Assembly: GCA_010093605.1 (NCBI GenBank)
Contig: MU004195.1
Span: 1,689,566-1,734,399 of the forward strand
Length of the DNA stretch: 44,834 bases
Direction of reading: 5' to 3'
DNA from: Lophium mytilinum
Taxonomy: Eukaryota
Under the pieces are notes generated by a model. That model saw only the letters and a program-made list of their open reading frames with translations, searched no databases and was not told where the DNA came from. Positions 34,256 to 44,834 of the stretch are shown here, in pieces; the stretch's first letter is position 1; each line of letters opens with the position of its first letter. Position numbers and translations under genes: made by a program.

Positions 34256-35416
34256 TTGAGCACCCAAGCTCCTGCAGGCGGCTTTACCACAGCAGGATCT
34301 TACACGCTCGGAATGGCAGTGTTAAAACACTCTCCAAGCTCTCACGTTGGACCTAACAAGCCGATCTCAAACACACCCACAACCACCACGGTCAGCTCAT
34401 CAGCGAGGAGCCTTAGTAGCATTCAGCTTCCCCGTGGTAGTGGTGCACTTCGCGGTGCACGCGGTAGAGGTGCTGCTAGCGCCGGGCGCGGACGAGGTAA
34501 TGCTGGCGCCGGGCGCGGAAGAGGTGATGCGGGCGTTGGGCGCGGAGGAGGTAATGCTGGTGCTGGGCGTGGAGGAGGCGACGCAGGTGCCGGACGCGGC
34601 GTTGCTAGAGCTCGTGGCGGGTATAGTGCTCGTGGTGGTAGGAAGATCATCTGCCACGGATGCCATGAAGAGGGCCACATAGTGCGCAACTATCCCCAGC
34701 GTAGAAATTCGCAGGCGGATCGGCTGCTGGTGGAGCTCAGGGTGCTGTAACAGCTGCAGACCACCTGCAGATGTTGGCACTTCATCTAAAGTGCCACAGT
34801 ACACTCGTGGATGGAAAGCGACGGGCAAGCTCCACCGTTTGGAGTATACCCTCGAGGAGGATATGCACTTCCGGGAGGACTTGAACCTCTGCCACGACTA
34901 CTTCAAGTGGCGGAAGGTTGTCCATACACAGGCGTCGATAGTGCACCTATGTGCATACATGCGCATTCATATGGGAAGAGGGAGAAGGACTGGATGCTGC
35001 CGGAGTTCGAGATGCGGTGGAGCGCGCTGCAGCTGCAGAGAGAGAGGATGGAGAAGAAGAAGATAGCTGCTGCGACGGTACAAGCGCGGCACACCGCCCA
35101 GGAGCACGCTGAGAAGCAGAGCGGCCGAATTCCCACTCCTGGCACCGCCCCCAGCACCGCCTTGCAGGCCTCAATAGCGAGGTCGAGCTTTTCCACCAGC
35201 GTTGCGATGCAGACCTCGAAGGACGTCATCAACGCAGAGAAGCGGCGTGCGGAGCGGGAGGCGGAGGAGAGGGCGAAGCAGGAGGCAGAGAAGGAGACAA
35301 CGGAGGAGAAGGACGAGGAGGAGGGTGTAGAGGAAGAAGAGAAGGCGGAGGAAAAGGAGGTGAAGGGCAAAGGGAAGGCGAGCCAGTCTTCCATAGTGCC
35401 ACCAAGCCTCTTCTAA
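34256..35416 (+). pseudogene. Disrupted gene for an RGG-repeat / CCHC zinc knuckle / CCCH-finger / acidic coiled-coil protein
   Basis: RGG repeats are followed by CHGCHEEGHIVRNY (last Cys read as Tyr, TAT). Further on, LCHDYFKW continues after a 1-nt frameshift as EGCPYTGVDSAPMCIHAH. An E/K-rich tail ends at 35416. Confidence 0.6.
34469..34603 (+). repeat. Five tandem 27-bp units encoding G(N/D)AGAGRG(R/G)
   Basis: GAASAGRGR GNAGAGRGR GDAGVGRGG GNAGAGRGG GDAGAGRGV. Confidence 0.9.
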
Positions 35417-36433
35417 GCTCCTGACATCCGTCAGGGTCCCATGCTCCTGGTATCAGCCAGGATCTCATGCTCTTTATAAAAAAGACCTCACGCTCCCAAT
35501 CAAACATCAACCTCCCACACTTCTACCAAAGTAGAGCCGAGACCTCACGCTCTTAGTGGTAACCAAGATCTCACAATCTATAGAAAATGCATAGATTAAG
35601 CGACCTCTGAAACTCTTGCTCATAAAGTAACATGTAACAATAACAAAAACCCAGACTCCGCTGCTACCTATGGCACAGTTCGTGAACAGCCTCAGCCGTA
35701 GCGAGAGATTGAGACGTCGTGCAAAAGCAGATTTAACCCCATACTCACAGAGCACCATATAGACAGGGACGCCACTGCTAGACCGGCCAGAGGCCCAACA
35801 GAGTGGATGTCGGAAGTGTGACAACATCGGAAGCACCGTGCAAGAAGCGCAAGACTGGTAGGTCCCCTCCCCCTATGCGCGCTAGTTATCCAATCCTGCT
35901 TAGGCGTCGACCGGCCGCTCAGCTTAGATGGTTCTAAGGTCGACTAGAAAGAGTCTTTCTACTGCCTTAACGCCGCGGTGGACGCAGACAGCGCTGGCTG
36001 AACTCATGTTTGTGTCATAGATGGCAACTTTGCCCCTTAAGACGAAGTTGGTTTTATCCAAGATAGAGTTTGCGGCGTTCAATCCGAGCCTCCTAGGTAC
36101 AGGACGTCAACCGCTCAACTCCTATACCTTTCAAGTCTTCAACCATCCAAATGGGACGCGAGTCATCTCTGCAACAAAGCCTAGACCCTAGAAATCACCA
36201 ACTGCCTATAACCTGGAGTCTAGAAGCCGAGCAGGATGATACCCATGCGCTGAGAGTCTACGTGCATCTCTTCCTCCGTACCCTACTCTCAACTCTCGCC
36301 AACCCAACGCACTTACCCTACCGCGCCTTCACTCCCACGGCCGCAACCACGGACCTCACCAGGCAAGTCGCGGGGTCCAGCAGCGGCGCCGACAAGCTCA
36401 AAGGCCGGCGGCAACGTTGTCAAGGCGTATACG

Positions 36434-36571
36434 GGCTGGCTCGAGGACAAGCCCGACGAGCACTTCACCATGGCATATACAGGCTGGCTCGAGGACAAGA
36501 GCGCGAGGGCCGGCAAAGACAAGGCCGACCACAACGTCAGAATGGCAATCGCGGGCTGGCTCGAGGACAAG
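36434..36571 (+). repeat. Three perfect 18-bp direct repeats GGCTGGCTCGAGGACAAG (GWLEDK)
   Basis: Copies at 36434, 36482 and 36554. Offsets of 48 and 72 bp keep them in frame. Confidence 0.9.
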
Positions 36572-37879
36572 AGTGCGGCGATCGGCATGGGCAAGCGGTT
36601 CAAGTTGTCAATGGACCGTGGCGACGGCACTTTCCCCGTATCAGGATCAGAAGAAGCCTTGCGAATCCAGAACTGCGGAGTTGTTGGAACAAGTCCAAGG
36701 ACAGGTCAAGTCAAGCTCCTACGACTTGCCTGAATAGATGTCTCCAAGACCTCATTACCGACTTGTTTTAAACCAAATGGCCTGCCTTTGCCGCCGCGAA
36801 GAAACTAAGCAAACATATCCTAGAGCCATGCAACTCTCTCATTTATTGGACAACGTCACCGACGAAACTCAGCGCGAACGTTTCGACCCCTCTCTCTCTC
36901 CAGGTTGTTGAAAGCGATTTTTGGTTTTCTACTTGTGCGGTATCGGCTCAGGATGCAGACTGGGTTGATTAGGCTAGACAACGGTATTCTCAGCGCTGAT
37001 GGCGATATGACACTGTAGGAGGAAGCTGCGACGGCGGTAACCGAGGGAGAGTCTCTTTGTCTGCACGTTATTCCCTTCCCTTTCATCATCATCAATTTTC
37101 AGGTGCCCGCCGGCAGCGGACAAGACAAATCGAAATATGCATTACCCCCTCGAGGTCCCGCAGGGATTGAACCTGCCAGGAAGCGTCTCCGAGTTTGGTT
37201 GAGATTGGTTGGAAACTTTCTCGCCCGATTGCAAGTTTTTGTCCTCGTAAGCATCCGCAGTATTCACCGTCACCCATTCCCTCTATCTCCTCACACTCGA
37301 TAGTTCACGTCATCCTATTCACTAGCATCAAACCCTCCATTCAGGAAGATGCGAATGCCCGGGGATCGACACCACGGAACGAGACCCGCCTCACCCTGTC
37401 TATCCTATCGAAGTTGAATACTCCTCTACCTTTCACGTCTTCCGCATCAATCGCCGCACCCGCTACCCGGCTATCCATTGTCTATCCATCGCATCGAGAC
37501 CTGCGATTGGACACCCTCGGAATTTATGCTTATCGTCGTCTTCCGCCGCTTTTACACTCTCACAGCTTAAACCAATCTCCTTGGAGGAGACAGGGTACTT
37601 CCGCCGGCGGGACGCTACTCTCTCTGTCAACATCAACACATCGAGTTGCCTCTCCTTGCAATTCGTCCCCATTTTTCTCACTTCGGTTCTAGATGCCTTC
37701 CTACATCAATCCGAAGAATTACAGCCGAAGTCGTCGCCGGCGATGTCAAGGGGGTGTGAGAGAGGGTATCCTGTTCCAGGCTCTACCGCCAGGCACCATG
37801 GGCAAAGACTTCGCGCGGAATTTCTTGCAGCACATCGCTCGCTTGGGTGGGGTCAATACTACACTGGACATCGAAGGCT

Positions 37880-38147
37880 GGGATAAGAACGCGGAACGAC
37901 GGCGCTTTGCCCGGGAGCTGATGGATGTCATTGTGCAGGATACGCTGCAGAGGCCGTATCTGGCTGATGATGCGAAACCAGAGTGTGTCTACCGGACACG
38001 GTTGTTGAAAGAGGGGATAAGAACGCGGAACGACGGCGCTTTGCCCGGGAGCTGATGGATGTCATTGCGCAGAATACGCTGCAGAGGCCGCATCTGGCTG
38101 ATGATGCGAAACCAGAGTGTGTCTGCCGGACACGGTTGTTGAAAGAG
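37880..38147. repeat. 134-bp head-to-tail tandem duplication
   Basis: 37880-38013 versus 38014-38147, with 4 mismatches, all transitions. Confidence 0.95.
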
Positions 38148-38878
38148 TCATGTATCTAGGATCGAGATGGAAATGTTTTACAAAAAGGAGGCCGTACGAG
38201 CGGCGGGCTTCCAACGCCGCTACAGCCAACGAATGGCAATAGCAACAGCAAGACCCCAAATCGGTCGCCTCCCGCTGTATTGAAGGATGAGCCTGAAGTA
38301 GTGGATGGGAGAGACGTGGCGCGACTCTCGAGGGCTTGGGATGCCCGCTTTCAACGTAAACTCAAGTAGCGAAGAAGACCGCTGCTTCGCAGCGCCACTC
38401 GAAGCGTCTGTCTTGTGCTTCAAGAGCACTCAGGATGTGCGTGACGTCTTTTTCATCTCCCTGGGTTGCGTTGAATATCTCCGATGAAAGCTTGGTAGGA
38501 TTGGTGACTGTGAACTGACTTGCCGCAGGGGCGAGTAGTTTACAGTATCTAGACTTGCCTTAAGATCCCGACCATACTGCCGATGAATAATAGTCTGGGA
38601 ACTTGACATCCCGATTATCTATAATAGAGCTTGGATGGCATAACTGGCGATTCCACCCTTTGGCAGAGACGGCTATCGACTGGCGAGCGTGGCGAATGTA
38701 TTGAGTATTATCCCGATGTTGTGGTTTCTGGAAGCCCTCGATCTCTCACGAAGTACTGCTCCATCCAAGTCCTCACATTTCGACGCGTCAACCTCACCTT
38801 CGCCACCTAATCTACCTTCGCCACTGGCCTACCAGCGCGAGCTGACCTTCTCTCGTTGCGCTACTCTAGTCAATCAAG

Positions 38879-39230
38879 ATGAGCTAAGACAACACCGGTG
38901 GTACGCTGACTTCGACTCCTTCTCCCCTTTCTGTCTCTTGCTAAAGTGACTACGGCTGCCGGCGATGGATAAGAAGACAGCAGTAGCGCTGCGCCATCCG
39001 GCGATTGGGGCGCTGGCGATGCTAATACTAGCGACGCCAATGGCTTCATCGGAGGCTTCATCGGAGGCTTCGGAGGAGAAGAATCGAATGCCTTTGGAGG
39101 CGCCGGCGGTGATGCGGAGAAGGTGATAGCCACTGCCGTGCGTTTGTTCTCCCCTCTTCTATTTTTCTCTGCGCGACCACTGACGTTAGTATATCTGCAA
39201 GCAGCCGGGCTCATAACTCGCAAATGTCCG
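38879..39230 (+). pseudogene. 5' fragment of a Gly-rich CCHC zinc-knuckle gene (CnjB-like), inactivated
   Basis: MS*DNTG|..AAGDG*EDSSSAAPSGDWGAGDANTSDANGFIGGFIGGFGGEESNAFGGAGG..GEGDSHC|intron|ICKQ-GLITRKCP. Two TAA codons sit where Trp is expected, the knuckle is frameshifted, and intron remnants are retained. Confidence 0.65.
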
Positions 39231-41779
39231 TTACAGCCTGCATCCGCGCCTGTCCTACCAAGCTGCCCTCGCTGTGCGAGAATTGCAATCACAACACCAT
39301 GCCTTTCCCGATATGGCATGTTGCAGGACATCTCGCGATGTATCTTCTATATTGCATCGTTTCGGCCATCCACGGGGGAAAAAACTGGATGACAGGTACT
39401 AACGCGGAATTCTGGGGCTCCTCACCACGCCGGACCTTCATCCAGAATTCTCACCACTGGGAACCTAGTCTAGTTGCCTTGACCATAGTTATAGACCAAT
39501 AGGATAATTTCGCCGCGTTGCTCCCCTCTCCCAAAACGCCATTTACGTACCAACTAGAGTCCATACTGGATTCAAACATGCGTGCCCAATTCTACAACAT
39601 CTGAATTGCGTATTCAGCTCCACAGCTTGAGCTTGCAGAAATCCCAGCGCTCTGTTGTGTGATCCATAGGCGGCTTTTCAAAGACTGCATCCTAGCCCTT
39701 CCTATCCAGTGCGCGTTCTAGGAGTCGATTGCTAAAATGCTTCCTAGCTTATCCAGGGTTAGCTTCTCTATTGAATGAAAATTCAAAACGCTGTGCCGCC
39801 TCCTCTAGTGTATTCGAGAGCGACCATCACTCCTTGTATGATCTCTTCGCCACTCGTCCGCTCTTCGACGTCCGCATCGGAGACATCACGGGTTTTGTCT
39901 TGGGCGTAGCGGCTGCCTTAGCTGTGGCTGTCGTCAGGGCTATCCTTCAATCACTAAGCTGCCTCGTTGATCGACAGTAATTGAAGTCTCAGCGGGTGTT
40001 CAAGTAACTGAGACCTCTGCTAATTAAGACGTCAACTCAATCAGTTTTAACCGCCTTTCTTCGTTGACTGATTGTGGCTGCTGTCGTCTGCTTTGCCTTC
40101 GCTTTTGTCTTCTCCTCAGGCTTAGATTCAGGTCTCGGCTTTGATGCCGCTTGCTTCTTTACTCCAGACATTTGCTGTCTCGGTCGCTGGTTGAACATTA
40201 GTGGTGCCGCTTTCGGGTTGAGTTTCTGAAGAATCGGCAGTGACATACGAGAGAGCCCTCCGCGTCGACACAGGCATGGGCGTGGGAACCCCTCGACCTA
40301 GCTTGCGAGGGGGGAATACTTTCACGGTCAATAATGCCATGGAATGGTGGTCAGGACGACTGCCACATTTTTATTTTGGCATCCATCCGATCGATGATTT
40401 CAAAAACTTCGCCGGCATTGCGAGGACTCCCTTGTTCTCTCTATCGCGGTTCCGTATAGACGCCTTTCCATTGCACTTGAGAGTGCATGTTTGCGCTCAT
40501 AGGGCAACTGATGCGAGTGCAGGAGATTAGGACGACTAGGTAACACATGGGTCCTTCTATGAGGATTAGGGCTGGCGTCAGGATATACCCGTCCGCAGAA
40601 TGCGAAGTTCTCTCCTTCTATCTGGACGGAACCCTCCCCAGTCTCTTCGGCCCCTATACCACCTAACCGCTACGCTCCATGGATGTGTTTGCAGCTTGAG
40701 GAACCAAAGATTGGAGATTCGGCGACTATTAGTAGGTTGTCAGACGAAAAGAAGCGGATCGAGACGGAGTGCAGTATTGATGGCACCAACACTCTCTGGC
40801 GGATGAGAGTAGAATACCTCCGAGACCAAGGAGGCTTCCATGCACGTTGTTCTTGGATGTGTTACTTGAGTGCTGGCGTATTCGAGACGATGGGTTCTCG
40901 TAGAGACTGCGATATATCGGCCCTTAAGCCCGAAGCGATGGAAATTGTGGTTGCTAGAGCAGCGGTCATAAGCGCTCTAACCGCCTATTGTACGACAGTC
41001 TTTGCAAATGCGTCGGCTCGCCCGAATGGAAGAAGTTATTAACCTGATCCCAACAAGTCTTAAGAGTGTAAACCACGGATACAGGAAGCGCAACGTCGTG
41101 AAGAGTTTGTAAGCTTGAGATGTGCGTAGTCAACGGCGGTTCTACCATGACCTATAGTGCTTGAGGTCCTCTCACGAGCTACATCGTTGTTTGCTGGCTG
41201 TCTCCATCGCCGCGCGGAATTGTTCTCTTCCAATCTCGACCTTCCCCTCTCCTTCTCCTCTCTGTGCACGAGCTAACCAGCGCCAATTAGTCGAGGAGAA
41301 TCATCATAGGACCTTACCATAGTCTCGGGTGTACGAAGGATTTTACAAATTCCGTCTAACTAGTATTGCTTGCGACCGGATCTAGAATTGGGCTCCTTGT
41401 ACTCATCGGCCTGGCTCCAGAAGATGTCTTAGGAGGTTGGGTGCTGGAGTTGGAGATGATCTTAGTGTAGACGGCAATAGTCTATGAGATACACAGGAAG
41501 AGAGGGGACTTGCTGTTCTCTAGCTCCTGTGGTATATATGGGCGATGCCCCTCGACTTAAATAGAATGAAGGATTCACAATAGATGCTGCTTATACCAGC
41601 CCATCAGGCTTCTCGGGTCTTTGCTAAGGCGCGAGCTGAGAGCAGCGCTCGGTGCAGACGTCTCGGGCTTGTCGGGGTCGTTCAAGAAGGCCAACCGCCA
41701 GAGCAGCTTGTTCGACGGGCGTGTAGAGTCGTAGGCGGAGCGGCATTTACGGCCGAAGTGGACAATACCAATGCGATGG

Positions 41780-42190
41780 AGGAACGGAAATAGATGCTTC
41801 AGCGGTTATCCGGGAACTCCCGTACCAGAAGGCCGCACTCTGATCGCTTGCTAGAGGATGTTCTAAGGTAATAAAAAGCATTGGGACCAAGAGCAGTGCC
41901 TCAAGGCCGAAGGCTGCCGGCGAGAACTAGGGCGCTGGAAACGAAACAGTATCAAGGAAGGCGCCAAGTGTGCGCAGAGCGCTGAGGATGACGACGAAGG
42001 CTGTGATTATTTTGTGGGCAGGAATGTCGAGATTAAGTTTAAGAATGAAGAGGTAGAGCACCAGCACTGCGATCTTGATGATGTGGCATGCACACACATC
42101 CGTCACGCCCCAATTTCGCATGCATTCCTTGCATGCATTCAGTAGGTTTGGGGATCTGGACTAGTTGGCATCTGGTGGTATTGACCGGAG
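41780..42190 (-). pseudogene. Decayed fragment of a PTH11-like (fungal rhodopsin domain) integral membrane protein
   Basis: HIIKIAVLVLYLFILKLNLDIPAHKIITAFVVILSALR and a downstream ITAEASISV resemble TM5-TM7 of this family. The frame is interrupted by a stop. Confidence 0.35.
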
Positions 42191-44119
42191 ATCCCACCTC
42201 GCGAGTATGGGAGAGGAAGTGGGGTGGGGGTATCCTGGATGAAAGCTTGTGTCGGCATGGAAGGCGCAGTTGTTCAATTGAGGGTAAACACGCAGAGCAC
42301 TTGCGCACGACGTTTGACGATAAGATACCTCTTCTCCGGGTAGAGGTATGGTTGTATAAATAGATTGCTCCTCGCGTTGCTGAGCGAGCTTTCTGCTACT
42401 GCAAGAGACCGGTCGAGCTGCGCGAGAGAGAGATAGACGCTGTGTTTAGGGGAGAAAAGCGGTGGTAGGTGGTGCTTGCTATGAATGGGGAGAGCAGTTG
42501 CATGTGAACTCTCGATAGACGGATAGCGCTGGCAATATCTCTGGCAATGCGGCTTGTAGTGTTTTGAAGGCTCTCCTGGAAATTCGGTAAGAAGTGACTT
42601 TTATATCGCGGCATCGCCATGACTGCGATGTTTTGCAGTGGTCGAGTCTGTCCATCCGCTTAAAGAACCTCAAGAAGCCTACCGGAGTGGAGAGCGACAA
42701 AGCTGTGGGTGTGAACTAATGTGGAGGGAAATATGGCACTGCGATTCAAGCAGCTGCATGCACGGGAAAGATCTTCCTACAATAAGGAGACCCATTGAGG
42801 ATGGTTTCGCAGACATGATGGAGCTACCAAAGCCACGATGTTGCCGGCCAGCTCGATGGCGCAAAGGTCCCCGAAGTCGAGACGAAGAAGGCGGAACTCA
42901 AAATCAGAGCAGCACCGCGGAGTCGAAGCTTAATCCAAGGCTAAGGCCACGGAGGGTTATCACTGGGACCAAAGCGGCACTAAAAGCTATGGCTGCCGAC
43001 ATAGGTGCAAGGCGTGACGGCCACGGTATCGTCGGCGCAGCAGAGTTCGATGATTGTAATGGGCGGCGAAGACGTTGTGTTTCGAGTCAGCGAAGGACTT
43101 TAAGCTCGAATCTGGAATATACCGTCCTGCTTAAGGAACGACCGAGATGGGAGGTACAGTGAAGCCAGAGCTAAGTAATCCTGCTGTCAAGATCAGTAAG
43201 GCCGAGTCACAACGCCAGTCCCAGGAGAAGAGAAAAACACGAAACGTGTCGAGAAGAAGCTTCAAAAACCCAGGTAAACGCTCCAGAACCCCAAAAATAC
43301 GTCTGCAGAAAGGGGAACGAGCAGGCAGTGCCTATCCTATTCAACAAGGACTCTGGCGATCGTACCTTCACGACGCGGACTGGCTCGCCGACATCGTCTA
43401 GGTAGTCTTTCGCGAGCAATTGCTTCGCTTGGGTTCGATCTGCATTTGCCACTGTTCCCGGATCATCCAAAGTAACGATTGCAATCGCGCACGGGCAGGC
43501 TGCTCACCCGTGGCGAAGATATGGAATGTGCGCTCTCCTCGTAGTAATGCGATCTTTCGATTCAACGCTGACGTTGGCTGTTTGATTCGCTCCCGCCCCT
43601 GCTGCCGCTCTCAACCTATCCCGTTGCTGCTACCCTCATGGTTCTACTTTCAATTCCGCTCTTCATCCTGCTCTCGGATTGGCTAGGGTTCCCGCTGCCT
43701 TCCCAACCCTATTCGCGCTCTTGCTGCCCTCTCGATCTTACTCTTAATATGCTCCCGTTCCGGCTAACCTCTTCTCAAACGCCGCTGCAAACTCCAGCAA
43801 CTCATCATCCGCGTATGCTTTTCTCGCAAACGTCAAGTTCACAGGCATGCCGATGTCCGGCAGCACTCCCATCGGCACACTCATGGTCGGCACGCCTAGA
43901 TGGCGAGAACCTTCTCGATCACCCCGAATCCATCATCATCTGGGAGCTCAACAAGCCCGTGCCCATCAACCAAACCACCGTGGACTCCGACGCCGGCATT
44001 TTGATGAAAAGGTACTCAAAATCTCCTTGCAAGTTTGGAACGCGCTTGTCGAACGTTTGAGCTCTCGCCGCAACAATGCCGGGGAAGCCACCGCGACTGA
44101 GTCTCGCCATGATTGAAGA

Positions 44120-44260
44120 GTCAAAGGAGCGGCTGTTGCAGCTGTGGATGTCAGAGCTCACGGCAGGACAGCGTCGAAGCTACTGAATGAGGCGGAGAAG
44201 GTCCGACAAGTTCTGAGCGCGAATTCCAATACCGGGGAAATCGCCGAAGGACTTGATATC
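44120..44260 (+). pseudogene. Short internal fragment of an LHS1/GRP170-like ER Hsp70 gene
   Basis: VKGAAVAAVDVRAHGRTASKLLNEAEKVRQVLSANSNT..EGL matches the Lhs1-type HGRxxxKLxxEAExxRQVLSAN segment of the Hsp70 nucleotide-binding domain. The flanks show no Hsp70 motifs. Confidence 0.65.
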
Positions 44261-44740
44261 CTCAAAATACGACCCCAAATCACTCAAATGCAGCCTACCG
44301 ACATGGTTCCATCGAGGGGGTGGATCATCCACTCGCTGGAAGCGATGCCCGCTATCCTTACGGGCGAGGGGCGGCGGCAGAGGATTTTGTTGGCGGCGTC
44401 GAGGGCCAGGGCTGCGTTGGTGAGGGTGCAGGCGCGCAGGGCGGTCAATTGATTGCTTTCTTTGGCGTCGAGGAGCAGGTGGAAAGTGGGATGAAGCTTG
44501 GGATGGCATCATAATCTGCCTCAACTCGCTCGTGTTCCTGCTATCCTGCCAATCCCGGGGCAACTCTTATCCCCGCTTCTTTTCTAGTTCTCAAATTTGC
44601 TCCAGCTAGTGTTTGACCCCGTAGGACCCTAAGATGCCCGCAGTATAGCAGTAGCCCGTGCCGGCCCGTAGATGTCCGTAGAGTCGAGAGAAGAAAACCC
44701 GTTGTACCCGCCCCGGAACCGTTTAGTGCGGAGGAAAATG

Positions 44741-44834
44741 TTAGGGTTAGGGTTAGGGTTAGGGTTAGGGTTAGGGTTAGGGTTAGGGTTAGGGTTAGGG
44801 TTAGGGTTAGGGTTAGGGTTAGGGTTAGGGTTAG
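44741..44834 (+). repeat. Telomere, (TTAGGG)n
   Basis: 15 perfect TTAGGG units plus TTAG run to the end of the sequence, G-rich strand 5'->3' toward the end. Confidence 0.99.

Noticed and set aside
35945..35961. Palindrome TAGAAAGA-G-TCTTTCTA
   Set aside because: An 8-bp arm is expected by chance in 45 kb, and no associated element end was found.
34256..36000. LTR or LINE retrotransposon suggested by the gag-like zinc knuckle
   Set aside because: No protease, RT (YxDD), RNase H, integrase or endonuclease motifs downstream, and no LTR pair found.
36434..36571. CRISPR-like repeat-spacer pattern
   Set aside because: Only three 18-bp repeats with unequal spacers (30 and 54 bp), in-frame coding behaviour, a eukaryotic context and no cas genes.
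30400..44740. Telomere-linked RecQ helicase, transposase or Starship captain
   Set aside because: No helicase, DDE or tyrosine-recombinase motifs recognisable in any listed frame.

Overview
Right-hand chromosome end of a filamentous ascomycete (Pezizomycotina-type GT..AG introns with CTAAC/CTGAC branch sites), finishing in a (TTAGGG)n telomere at 44741-44834. Zone 1 (1-15.2 kb) is gene-dense: an 8-intron ADE16/17 (purH), an F-box/ankyrin protein, a Nudix hydrolase, a secreted CBM18-AA7 oligosaccharide oxidase, a probable mitochondrial protein and a triple C4 zinc-finger protein. Zone 2 (16-30.3 kb) is accessory: SDR, tyrosinase, cytochrome P450, a truncated prolyl-tRNA synthetase copy, and a divergent pair made of a 5-intron secreted M35 (aspzincin) metalloprotease and a spliced small Cys-rich secreted protein that the ORF track misses. 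Zone 3 (30.4-44.7 kb) has no gene I can reconstruct as intact. It is a patchwork of decayed gene fragments (RGG-CCHC-CCCH protein, CnjB-like zinc knuckle gene, PTH11-like membrane protein, LHS1-like Hsp70), small tandem duplications and transition-rich, RIP-like damage. No transposase, reverse transcriptase or telomere-linked helicase is recognisable. I cannot show a new biological system. The best leads are the subtelomeric mosaic of captured core-gene fragments and the protease/effector-like gene pair. All family calls come from motif recognition by eye, without database searches.
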